From NCBI GenBank assembly GCA_029269845.2, contig CP149973.1:1470001-1502000 (forward strand): a stretch of DNA of 32,000 nucleotides. The letters are read 5' to 3'. Both the position numbers and the translations under genes were made by a program. Under the pieces are notes generated by a model, which saw only the letters and a program-made list of their open reading frames with translations, had not been told where the DNA came from and did not search any database. Positions within the stretch are counted from its first letter, which is position 1, and each line of letters starts with the position of its first letter. Of the stretch, positions 16,918-24,717 are shown in pieces. Origin of the DNA: Opitutia bacterium KCR 482. Lineage in GTDB: Bacteria > Verrucomicrobiota > Verrucomicrobiia > Opitutales > Intestinicryptomonadaceae.

Positions 16918-19008
16918 ATGAAGTTCGGAAAAACAACTGTATTTGCGGCGGTGTTTGCGCCCCTAGCGGCATTTGCGGCGGAGCTTACTCTTTTCGATTC
17001 CGCAAAAGATTCCGCCGTTGTCGAAAACGGCGCCGTAGTTGCGAAAACTCACGAAGGTCTGGTTGTTTCTTATTCCGAAAAGCCCGAACCGCTGGGCGGT
17101 GTCGCGATTGACGGCAACTGGGATTTGTCGAAATATTCCGCGCTCAAATTCGAAATCGAAAACCTCGGCAAGGGCGATATTCCGCTTATCATTGTCGCGC
17201 AGAACGCCAAGCCCGACTGGGGCAAGCGCACGGGCTTCCAGCAGATTTACCTGCCGCTCTCTTCGGGCAAGACGCTCGAAATGCCGCTTGCGTCGCTTTT
17301 CCGCGGCGAGGTTTACGACACGGTAAAGGATTTCCGCAAAATGCGCGGCAACCCGTTCTCGATGTTCACAAACAATGTGGACGTTTCTAAAATCGAGCGC
17401 GTGCGCGTGTATGTGCGCTACCCGAAAAGCTCGGACAAATGGCGTTTGAAGAAAATCACCGCGGAGGATTCGTCGACGTACAAAGCTCCCGCGTGGTTCG
17501 GCATGCCGAAGGAAAAATTTTTCCCGTTCATAGACAAATACGGGCAGTTCATTCACAAGGAATGGAAAGACAAAATCCACTCCGACGCCGACTTCGCCGC
17601 CGAAAGAAAAAAAGAGGCGGAGTATTTCGAAAAGCACGCCGGCGCGCCCGACCGCGACAAATGGGGCGGCTGGAAAGACGGTCCGCAGCTTGCGGCGACT
17701 GGGCGTTTCCGCATAGAAAAAGTCGGCGGCAAATGGTGGCTTGTAGACCCCGACGGAAAGCTGTTCTGGTCGCACGGAGCGGTTCGCGTGTCGCCGTCGT
17801 CGGGAATCACGCCGCTCGACGGGCGCAAATTCTACTTCAAAGACCTTCCCGCAAAGGACGACGCCTTTGCCCAATTCTACTACACTCACGACGAGCTTCT
17901 CCGCCCCTACTATGAAAAGCGCGGCATAAAGGAGACCTACGACTTCTCCGCCGCGAACCTCCGCCGCAAATACGGCGCGGACTGGCTCGAAAAATTCGCC
18001 GACATCTGCCACAAACGCTTCAAAAGCTGGGGCTTGAACACGATTGCCAACAGCTCCGACAAGCGCGTATACATGCAGAACAGAACGCCGTTCATCGAGC
18101 GTTTCGAAATCAAATCTCCCGAGCTTTCGGGCAGCGAGGGTTGGTGGTGGAGTTTCCGCGACCCCTTCAACCCCAAGTTCCGCGAAAACATACGCAAGAA
18201 TCTTGCCGACAGAAAGGACGAGCTTTCCGACCCGTGGTGCATAGGTCTGTTTGTGGACAACGAGCTTGACTGGGGGCACCCCGACTCGCATGCGGTCTGG
18301 ACGCTGCTCTCGCCCGCCGACTGTGTGGCGAAAAGCGTTTTCGCCGCCGACCTCCGCAAAAAATACGGCACTGTCGAAAACCTCAACGCCGTGTGGGGCT
18401 CGAAATTCCCGTCGTGGGAAGATTTCCTGAAAGTCTGCGCAAAGCCCCCGAAAGGCGCGTACGACGACTGCGTCGCTTTCTCCGAAAAAGTCATAGAAGA
18501 GTACTACAAGGTAATCCGCGACGAAGTGAAGGCCGCCGAACCCCAGCTTCTCTACATGGGTTGCCGTTTCGGCGGAGTGCCGAAATACAATCCGCAGGCG
18601 ATGTACATCGGCGCGAAATACTGCGACGTCATCAGCTACAACATTTACCGCGACACCCTCGACGAACTCTCTCTGCCAGCGGGAATCGACAAGCCCATCA
18701 TGATTGGAGAGTTCCATTTCGGCGCGCTCGACAGGGGCAAATTCCACACTGGCTTGGTTGCAAAAAACACGCAGGAGGAACGCGCTCAGGCATATTTCAA
18801 CTACGTCGAATCGGCGCTGAAACACCCGCAGGTAATCGGCACGCACTGGCACCAGTTTGCCGATCAGGCGACGACAGGCAGATTCGACGGCGAAAATTTC
18901 CAAGTCGGCTTCACCGACATCTGCGACACTCCGTATTGGGAGACCGTCGATAAAGTCCGCGAAATCGGATACAAGATGTACAAGGTAAGAAGCGGCAAAG
19001 AAAAGTAA
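16918..19008 (+). CDS. Secreted glycoside hydrolase, clan GH-A-like TIM barrel (GH50/GH42-like) with an N-terminal beta-rich module
   Basis: 696 aa. Signal peptide MKFGKTTVFAAVFAPLAAFAA. Candidate acid/base motif FVDNELDWG and candidate nucleophile motif IMIGEFHFG lie about 170 aa apart, as in retaining (beta/alpha)8 hydrolases. The family assignment is from memory, not from a search. Confidence 0.7.
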   Translation: MKFGKTTVFAAVFAPLAAFAAELTLFDSAKDSAVVENGAVVAKTHEGLVVSYSEKPEPLGGVAIDGNWDLSKYSALKFEIENLGKGDIPLIIVAQNAKPDWGKRTGFQQIYLPLSSGKTLEMPLASLFRGEVYDTVKDFRKMRGNPFSMFTNNVDVSKIERVRVYVRYPKSSDKWRLKKITAEDSSTYKAPAWFGMPKEKFFPFIDKYGQFIHKEWKDKIHSDADFAAERKKEAEYFEKHAGAPDRDKWGGWKDGPQLAATGRFRIEKVGGKWWLVDPDGKLFWSHGAVRVSPSSGITPLDGRKFYFKDLPAKDDAFAQFYYTHDELLRPYYEKRGIKETYDFSAANLRRKYGADWLEKFADICHKRFKSWGLNTIANSSDKRVYMQNRTPFIERFEIKSPELSGSEGWWWSFRDPFNPKFRENIRKNLADRKDELSDPWCIGLFVDNELDWGHPDSHAVWTLLSPADCVAKSVFAADLRKKYGTVENLNAVWGSKFPSWEDFLKVCAKPPKGAYDDCVAFSEKVIEEYYKVIRDEVKAAEPQLLYMGCRFGGVPKYNPQAMYIGAKYCDVISYNIYRDTLDELSLPAGIDKPIMIGEFHFGALDRGKFHTGLVAKNTQEERAQAYFNYVESALKHPQVIGTHWHQFADQATTGRFDGENFQVGFTDICDTPYWETVDKVREIGYKMYKVRSGKEK

Positions 19009-19042
19009 TAATAGCAGGTACACCCATCACACAGATAACAGC

Positions 19043-19085
19043 AAGGCTCGTCCGATTCTTTCGGGCGAGCCTTTTCCTTTTTTTG
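19043..19085 (+). terminator. Intrinsic terminator after the glycoside hydrolase gene
   Basis: AAGGCTCGTCCG (19043-19054) pairs with CGGGCGAGCCTT (19062-19073): a 12-bp stem with one G.U and a 7-nt loop, followed by TTCCTTTTTTT. Confidence 0.8.
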
Positions 19086-19297
19086 ATTGGCGCGGATTTT
19101 GTGGGCGCGCTTTGTTCGTGGCGCGGCGGCGCTTGTTTGTGAGGGTTTGATTTTCCTGCGGGTGGCGGACTTTCGTTCGTGGCGTGTTGCGCGGTTGCGT
19201 TAGCGTGCTTGCCGATAATGGGGAGAGCCGCGCTTTTCGGGCGGGGCGCGTTCAAAAATGCTTGCGTATCGGGGCGGCTTCGGCGAAATTGGAGGGC

Positions 19298-19519
19298 ATG
19301 TTAGGAAGGAAAAAAGTGTTGGTCGCAAAGAACGCAAAATCGGTGCGTTCCGACGACCCGCTTGGAGCTTTCAAGAAAAACTCGCGCGGCGAAATGGGCA
19401 GGTATCAGGTTCGCGGCGAACTTTGGAAATCGCTCAAAAAACTTCTGCTTCTTGCCGCCGCTCTCGCGGCGTTCTACTTCGCCCGCGAATGCTGGTTCGC
19501 GTGGGACATTTTTCAATAA
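19298..19519 (+). CDS. Hypothetical small tail-anchored membrane protein (73 aa)
   Basis: A GGAGGG Shine-Dalgarno sequence lies just upstream of the ATG at 19298. The basic N-terminal half is followed by one C-terminal TM helix (LLLLAAALAAFYFARECWFAW). It ends 28 nt before the exonuclease gene. I recognise no homology. Confidence 0.35.
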   Translation: MLGRKKVLVAKNAKSVRSDDPLGAFKKNSRGEMGRYQVRGELWKSLKKLLLLAAALAAFYFARECWFAWDIFQ

Positions 19520-19547
19520 AACGGAATCGCGCTTCGGAATTTTTATC

Positions 19548-20426
19548 ATGAAATACTATTTAATAGACGGCTACAATCTCGCGTTCAGGTGCTTCTACGC
19601 CATGCCCGACCTCACGCGCTCGGACGGTTTTCCCACGGGCGCGCTCCACGCGTTTTTTGCAAGCCTGCTGAAACTGTCGTCGTCGGACACTCCGCATTCG
19701 AGCGCGGTATTTTTCGACAGGGGCGGCTCGAAGCGGCACTTGGAAATCTTCCCCGAATACAAGGCGAACCGCGCGGAAGCTCCCGACGCGTTCCGCAAGC
19801 AGATTCCGCACATGAAATACCTTTGCGAGCTGTTCGGCTTTGAGCCTACCGAATGCGAGGGCGTGGAGGCCGACGACCTCCTTGCGAGCGCGGCGGTCAG
19901 GCTGAAAGCTTCGGGCGCGTCGGTTTCGATAGTGAGCGCGGACAAGGATTTCGCCCAGCTTGTTTCGCCGAATATCCGCCAGCTTCTGCCGCCCAAGCCG
20001 CGCACAAAGGAGTGGACGGAGCTTGACTCGATTGGCGTCAAGGCGAAGTTCGGCGTGCCGCCGTCGCAGATACCCGCGTACCTTGCGCTCATAGGCGATA
20101 CTGCCGACAACATCGGCGGAATCGACGGCGTGGGTCCTAAAACCGCCGCGAAGTGGCTCAAAGATTTCGGCGACATCGAAACGCTCGTGCGCCGCGCCGA
20201 CTGGATTAAGCCCGAACGCTTCCGCAAAATCGTTGCCGACTCCGCCGCGCTCCTCGAACGCAACTTAAAGCTCATAACGCTCGACACGTCGTTCGACGTT
20301 TCGATAACGCCGTCGAAGACGCCCGACTTTGCGGAAATCATAAATTTCCTCGAAGAAATGGAGATGAAAAAGTCGCTGTTTGCCCTGCGCAACTTCGCGA
20401 AAGACCAATATCAGATTTCGATATAA
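19548..20426 (+). CDS. Stand-alone 5'-3' exonuclease / flap endonuclease (Pol I N-terminal domain homolog)
   Basis: The ATG at 19548 is in frame within track ORF 19362..20426. MKYYLIDGYNLAFRCFYA, GVEADD, SADKD and the H3TH motif LIGDTADNIGGIDGVGPKTAAKWL are present. At 292 aa it has no polymerase domain. Confidence 0.9.
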   Translation: MKYYLIDGYNLAFRCFYAMPDLTRSDGFPTGALHAFFASLLKLSSSDTPHSSAVFFDRGGSKRHLEIFPEYKANRAEAPDAFRKQIPHMKYLCELFGFEPTECEGVEADDLLASAAVRLKASGASVSIVSADKDFAQLVSPNIRQLLPPKPRTKEWTELDSIGVKAKFGVPPSQIPAYLALIGDTADNIGGIDGVGPKTAAKWLKDFGDIETLVRRADWIKPERFRKIVADSAALLERNLKLITLDTSFDVSITPSKTPDFAEIINFLEEMEMKKSLFALRNFAKDQYQISI

Positions 20427-20484
20427 TCGGATTGTATTTGATTGAAATTGCGGCGGATTGATTTTTTCGGATTCCGCGCCGCGC

Positions 20485-20527
20485 AAAAAAAATCCGCGGG
20501 ACGCCTTGTGCCAAGCCGCGGATTTTT
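20485..20527. terminator. Bidirectional intrinsic terminator between convergent genes
   Basis: AAAAAAAATCCGCGG (20485-20499) and CCGCGGATTTTTT (20515-20527) form a perfect GC-rich core stem flanked by an A-run and a T-run. It sits between the + strand exonuclease stop and the - strand SGNH stop. Confidence 0.8.
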
Positions 20528-20542
20528 TGTTTTTTTTGCCTC

Positions 20543-22057
20543 CTATTTTTCGAGGAGTTTCAGAACCGTCTGCGCGTAGACCGAAATCAGAAATTTGTTC
20601 GGGTGGTTGACGTTGTTTCCCGTCATGTCGATGTAGCGTTTTCTTTGAAGCAGTGCGTCGTGCGCGGCGCGGACGTTCGCGACGGCGACGGATTCGCATT
20701 CGAGGCTCTTGTCGATTTTCGGGTATTCGTCCTGCACTTCCATGCGCTTTTGCCAGAGCGTGTTTGCCCGCATGGAGCTTACGATTATGAATTCGGCGTC
20801 GGGGTTTTGCCCGCGCACTTTTGCAATCATGCTTTCGAGCTTTTCCCTGCGCGTTTCGGGCGGGCAGGTGTCGTTCATTCCGAACGCGAGAATCACGAGG
20901 TCGGGCTTGTCGGGCAGCACGAGGTTTGCGATGTTCTTTTCGCCCCAGCCGATTGTCGTGCCGCCGAGGGCGCGGTTGCGAAGCTCGACGTTTTTGCCGT
21001 AGATTTTTTGCAGGCGTTTTTCGACGCTCTTCGCCCAGGTAGGCGAGAACGGCGCGGCGTCCGCCCTGAACGGCGCGTTTGCGCCCGCGGAGATGCTGTC
21101 GCCGTAGAGGACGATTTTCACGGGCTTGCCCGATTTCAGAAGCTTCATTGTTTTCGGCAGCGATTTTGCGCCGCGTTTCGGCAAATTAAAAAATGACTGT
21201 CCCTGATGTTTGTAGTTAAAAAATACGTCCCGCTGGTGGAACCATTTGCCCTCGGCGAAGAACGCGTATTTGCCGAGGTTTTCGAAAAAGAAGAAGTCGC
21301 CGTTTTTCTTGGCCGCCTCTTTTGTGTCGGCGTAAATCGCGGAGTAGGGGACTGTCTCGACCGCGCCGCCCTCCAAAAATTCCACGGTGTTTCCCGAAAT
21401 TTTGTAGTCGCGTCCCTCCCGCAAAAGCGTTTTTTCGCCGGAGCGGTATGTGTACGCCGCGTCGATTTTCCGCGGGGCGAAAAGCAGTTTTGCCCGCGCC
21501 GCCGAGCCGTCCTTTCCTCCGAGCGGGAAGACCGATTCTCCGCGGATTTTCCCGCCCGAAAAAATCGGCGTCAGAATGTCGTCAAGCTTGTAAACATCGG
21601 TGTTCGACGCCGCGACGAGCGTCGCGTGTTTTACGGTGATTTTCGGTACTGCGCCGTCGGGGCATTTTGAGTACAGCTTAAATTCCACGGATTTTTCTCC
21701 CCGCGCGAGCGCGGCGTTTACGATGTCGCCCGCGTCGATGCATGTGTCCTGAATTTTGCCCGCGCCCAGAAGCGTTGCGGCGTCGAACTCGCGCCCCATG
21801 TGCGAGACCGTAATCGAGGGGCTTGTATCCTGCCCGCCCGACATTTCGCAAACTGCGCCGAGCCTCGCCGAAACGACGCGTTTTTCGGCGATTTTCGAAA
21901 GGTCGAATTTTGCCGATACGGTATAATTTTTCCCGCCGGTGTTTTCAATCGCGGGAATGTTTCCGCTTGACGGCGCGAGCGTTCCGCCGATTCTGTCGAT
22001 GTCCGCGCCCGCCGCGAGCGGCAGAGCGGAAATTAAAGCCAAGAGAAATTTTTTCAT
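20543..22057 (-). CDS. Secreted two-domain protein: N-terminal domain of unknown function plus C-terminal SGNH/GDSL hydrolase
   Basis: The start at the ATG ending at 22057 gives the signal peptide MKKFLLALISALPLAAGA; the track ORF extends 32 codons further upstream. SGNH blocks are present: LYGDSISAG (I), LGGTTIGWG (II), AFGMNDT (III) and NVNHPN (V). Confidence 0.85.
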   Translation of the reverse strand: MKKFLLALISALPLAAGADIDRIGGTLAPSSGNIPAIENTGGKNYTVSAKFDLSKIAEKRVVSARLGAVCEMSGGQDTSPSITVSHMGREFDAATLLGAGKIQDTCIDAGDIVNAALARGEKSVEFKLYSKCPDGAVPKITVKHATLVAASNTDVYKLDDILTPIFSGGKIRGESVFPLGGKDGSAARAKLLFAPRKIDAAYTYRSGEKTLLREGRDYKISGNTVEFLEGGAVETVPYSAIYADTKEAAKKNGDFFFFENLGKYAFFAEGKWFHQRDVFFNYKHQGQSFFNLPKRGAKSLPKTMKLLKSGKPVKIVLYGDSISAGANAPFRADAAPFSPTWAKSVEKRLQKIYGKNVELRNRALGGTTIGWGEKNIANLVLPDKPDLVILAFGMNDTCPPETRREKLESMIAKVRGQNPDAEFIIVSSMRANTLWQKRMEVQDEYPKIDKSLECESVAVANVRAAHDALLQRKRYIDMTGNNVNHPNKFLISVYAQTVLKLLEK

Positions 22058-22127
22058 CGCGCAATGGAAATCAAAAAATCGGGGAGGGTTCAACAAAAAT
22101 CCCGAATTTCGGCCGCGCTCTTTTGGC

Positions 22128-22156
22128 TTGTAAAAATTTTCCGATTTGCACATATT
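22128..22156 (+). promoter_or_regulatory. Candidate promoter for fumarate hydratase
   Basis: TTGTAA (22128-22133), a 17-nt spacer, then CATATT (22151-22156). It lies in the divergent intergenic region and I see no clear SD before the ATG at 22189. Identified by eye only. Confidence 0.3.
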
Positions 22157-22188
22157 CCGAAAATTCGAGAATTGTTATATAAAAACCT

Positions 22189-23808
22189 ATGGCTAATCCA
22201 CCGTTTGAATACCAAAAAATGTTTCCGCTAGGGAAGGACGATACCAAGTACCGCCTCCTGACAAAAGACTACGTTTCAACCGTCGATTTTAACGGAGAGA
22301 AAATCCTTAAAATCGACCCCGAAGGTCTCGCGCTTCTCGCGCGTTCTGCCATGCGCGACGTGTCGTTCTTCCTGCGCCCCGCGCACCTCGAACTCGTCGC
22401 GAAAATCCTCAAAGACCCCGAAGCGAGCGACAACGACAAGAGCGTCGCCCTCACCATGCTCCGCAATGCAGAGGTTGCAGCGATGGGCAAGCTGCCGTTC
22501 TGTCAGGACACGGGCACTGCGACAATCGTCGCAAAAAAGGGCCAGCGCGTTTGGACGGGCGTCGAGGACGAAGAGTATCTTTCAAAGGGCGTTTACGACT
22601 GCTACACGCAGGAGAACCTCCGCTACTCGCAGAACGCCCCGCTTACCATGTGGGACGAGGTCAACACCAAGTGCAACCTCCCCGCGCAAATCGACATCTA
22701 CGCCACGAATTCCGATTCGTACAATTTCCTCTTTGTCGCAAAGGGCGGCGGTTCGGCGAACAAAACCTACCTCTATCAGGAAACAAAGGCGATTCTCACG
22801 CCCGAGCGTCTCATTCCGTTCATGATTGAAAAAATGAAGGGCTTGGGAACTGCCGCGTGCCCTCCCTATCACATTGCGTGGGTAATCGGCGGCACGAGCG
22901 CGGAGGCGAACCTCAAAAACGTAAAGCTTGCTTCCGTAAAGTATCTCGACAATCTGCCCACCAAGGGCAACAAGCTCGGGCACGCGTTTCGCGATGTCGA
23001 GCTTGAAAAGCGTCTGCTTGAAGAAACCCGCAAGCTCGGTATCGGCGCGCAGTTCGGCGGCGCAAACTTCGCCCTCGACGTCCGCGTTATCCGCATGCCG
23101 CGCCACGGCGCAAGCTGCCCCATCGGCTTGGGCGTTTCCTGCTCCGCCGACCGCAACATGAAGGCGAAAATCGACAAGGACGGCATTTGGCTCGAGCAGC
23201 TCGAAACCGACCCCGCCAAGTACATTCCCGCCGAATACAAGAGTGTCAACACTGCCGACGGCGCGGTCGCAATCGACCTCAACCGCCCGATGAAGGAGAT
23301 TCTTGCCGAGCTCACAAAGTATCCCGTCAAGACCCGTTTGAAGCTTTCGGGCACGATTATTGTCGGCCGCGACATCGCCCACGCCAAGCTCAAAGAGCGT
23401 CTCGACAGGGGCGAGGGTTTGCCGCAGTACATCAAGGACCACCCGATTTACTATGCGGGCCCCGCGAAAACCCCCGAAGGCATGCCCTCTGGCTCTTTCG
23501 GCCCGACCACTGCCGGCCGCATGGACCCTTACGTCGATTTGTTCCAGTCGAACGGCGGCAGCATGATTATGATTGCAAAGGGCAACCGTTCGCAGGTTGT
23601 AACGGATTCCTGCAAAAAGCACGGCGGTTTCTATCTAGGCTCGATTGGCGGACCAGCCGCTCTCTTGGCGAAGGAGAACATCAAGAAAGTCGAGTTGCTT
23701 GAATATCCCGAGTTGGGCATGGAGGCGATTTGGAAGATTGATGTTGTCGATTTCCCCGCCTTCATTCTCGTAGACGACAAAGGAAACGACTTCTTCAAGC
23801 AGTTGTAG
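22189..23808 (+). CDS. fumA: Fumarate hydratase, class I (Fe-S dependent, single-chain)
   Basis: 539 aa. FCQDTGTA (cluster-binding region), GGGSANK and the C-terminal beta-domain motifs ([18 protein letters not shown]) are typical of class I fumarases. Confidence 0.93.
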   Translation: MANPPFEYQKMFPLGKDDTKYRLLTKDYVSTVDFNGEKILKIDPEGLALLARSAMRDVSFFLRPAHLELVAKILKDPEASDNDKSVALTMLRNAEVAAMGKLPFCQDTGTATIVAKKGQRVWTGVEDEEYLSKGVYDCYTQENLRYSQNAPLTMWDEVNTKCNLPAQIDIYATNSDSYNFLFVAKGGGSANKTYLYQETKAILTPERLIPFMIEKMKGLGTAACPPYHIAWVIGGTSAEANLKNVKLASVKYLDNLPTKGNKLGHAFRDVELEKRLLEETRKLGIGAQFGGANFALDVRVIRMPRHGASCPIGLGVSCSADRNMKAKIDKDGIWLEQLETDPAKYIPAEYKSVNTADGAVAIDLNRPMKEILAELTKYPVKTRLKLSGTIIVGRDIAHAKLKERLDRGEGLPQYIKDHPIYYAGPAKTPEGMPSGSFGPTTAGRMDPYVDLFQSNGGSMIMIAKGNRSQVVTDSCKKHGGFYLGSIGGPAALLAKENIKKVELLEYPELGMEAIWKIDVVDFPAFILVDDKGNDFFKQL

Positions 23809-23838
23809 CGCGAACCTGCGGGACTTGTTTGGCGCACA

Positions 23839-24060
23839 GCCAAGTCTTGCTCGAAAAGCAAAAGGGGGCAGTACGAAAGTACAGCCCCCTTTCGTTTTCT
23901 GCGCGAGCCTCGCCTGTGCGCCAAACCGTACCCCGCAGAACCGCGCTGGGAAATTTGCGGATTGCCGAGGGTTTTGTTTATATTAGTGCGCGATGTAATC
24001 GCGCGGGTAGATTTTTGATTTTGTTTTTTTTGAGGATACCTCTCGGAAGAAGTTTTGGGG
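23839..24060 (+). repeat. Intergenic tandem repeat, copy A (about 220-bp conserved core of a unit of about 293 bp)
   Basis: Direct comparison with 24132-24350. The first 193 bp differ by 3 substitutions and 2 single-base indels by my count; the following ~30 bp are more diverged. Confidence 0.9.
23861..23900. terminator. Intrinsic terminator after fumarate hydratase (part of repeat copy A)
   Basis: AAAGGGGGCAGTAC-GAAA-GTACAGCCCCCTTT (23861-23892) has a GNRA tetraloop and one A/A mismatch mid-stem, then TTCGTTTTCT. Its symmetric flanks would allow bidirectional function. Confidence 0.75.
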
Positions 24061-24131
24061 AGCGAGTTTTCGGTTTACTTATTTAGCGAAGAATTGTTGT
24101 TGGTATTTTAGTTTCTTTTTTTTCTTCCGTT

Positions 24132-24350
24132 GCCAAGTCTTGCTCGAAAAGCAAAAGGGGGCAGTACGAAAGTACAGCCCCCTTTCGTTTTCTGCGCGAG
24201 CCTCGCCTGTTCGCCAAACCGTACCCCGCAGAACCGCGCTGGGATATTTGCGGATTGCCGAGAGTTTTGTTTATATTAGTGCGCGATGTATCGCGCGGTA
24301 GATTTTTGATTTTGTTTTTTTTAGGTTGCCTGTCGGAGGAAGTTTAGGGC
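24132..24350 (+). repeat. Intergenic tandem repeat, copy B
   Basis: Near-identical to 23839-24060. It contains the same GNRA-capped hairpin (24164-24195) and the second hairpin GCGCGA-tgta-TCGCGC (24281-24296) followed by a long T-rich tract. Confidence 0.9.
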
Positions 24351-24518
24351 TGGGATTTTTATTTTTGTGGCTGTCCTTCTGGTTTTTGTTTTGTCTTTTT
24401 GTTGGTAATCTGAATATTATGTAATTAGGTGGGGCATTGGGCTTGTTTTTTTATATTTAATGGGGGAGGGTAGGTTTATTTCGAAGTATTGGGAAAATAA
24501 AAAATTTAAAAAAAAATG

Positions 24519-24547
24519 TTGACGTTGGCATGGGGCTTATTCATATT
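24519..24547 (+). promoter_or_regulatory. Candidate strong promoter of the tRNA-Thr/tuf transcription unit
   Basis: TTGACG (24519-24524), a 17-nt spacer, then CATATT (24542-24547). It is preceded by an A-rich UP-element-like tract (24494-24517) and lies about 50 nt upstream of tRNA-Thr. Confidence 0.5.
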
Positions 24548-24597
24548 TTGTCCCTTTCAAATAAAAAACGCCAGACAACTGGCGGCTTTTTAGTGTC

Positions 24598-24670
24598 GCC
24601 CCGGTAGCTCAGTTGGCAGAGCACGTCCTTGGTAAGGACGGGGTCGGCGGTTCAAATCCGCTCTGGGGCT
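24598..24670 (+). tRNA. tRNA-Thr (anticodon GGU)
   Basis: Manual cloverleaf, 73 nt. Acceptor GCCCCGG/CTGGGGC (one G.U), D arm GCTC-AGTTGGCA-GAGC, anticodon arm CGTCC-TTGGTAA-GGACG, T arm GGCGG-TTCAAAT-CCGCT. CCA is not encoded. Its position upstream of tuf matches the common thrT-tufB arrangement. Confidence 0.92.
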
Positions 24671-24717
24671 CGCGCTTAAAAGTCATCAACAACCTAAAAA
24701 ATAAAACCGAAAGAACC

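Noticed and set aside
15138-19008. Whether the Sel1-repeat protein plus the secreted hydrolases form a novel secretion, defence or polysaccharide-utilisation system.
   Set aside because: The genes are separated by their own terminators and promoters (16583-16624, 16826-16854, 19043-19085). The window contains no transporter, regulator, SusC/D-like gene, ATPase or nuclease partner. They look like independent secreted proteins.
20570-20640. SGNH block V reads N-V-N-H-P instead of D-x-x-H, so the catalytic-triad Asp position is Asn.
   Set aside because: Several SGNH-family members function with a Ser-His dyad or a variant acid residue. Without an alignment I cannot be sure I have placed block V correctly, so this is not enough for a finding.
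22160-22189. TATATA/TTATAT box 8-13 nt upstream of the fumarase ATG, suggesting a leaderless mRNA.
   Set aside because: There is no acceptable -35 at proper spacing for that box. An alternative promoter (TTGTAA-17-CATATT at 22128-22156) fits better. This cannot be decided without TSS data.
23829-24086. 85-aa + strand ORF inside repeat copy A.
   Set aside because: It spans two terminator hairpins and a T-tract and has no RBS. The reading frame is not preserved in copy B, where the indels shift it. The region is better explained as structured non-coding DNA.
23839-24350. Whether the two ~220-bp repeats could be a CRISPR array, IS-element ends, or att sites of an island integrated next to tRNA-Thr.
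   Set aside because: There are only two copies, with a 293-bp period and no short-spacer architecture, so this is not a CRISPR array. The repeats are direct, not inverted, and enclose only about 70 bp with no transposase or integrase. They do not overlap or resemble the tRNA 3' end, as tRNA-targeting att sites do.
24460-24522. 20-codon mini-ORF (MGEGRFISKYWENKKFKKKC) just upstream of the tRNA/tuf promoter.
   Set aside because: It has no SD, runs through the A-tract and the -35 region, and is a composition-driven artefact of AT-rich sequence.
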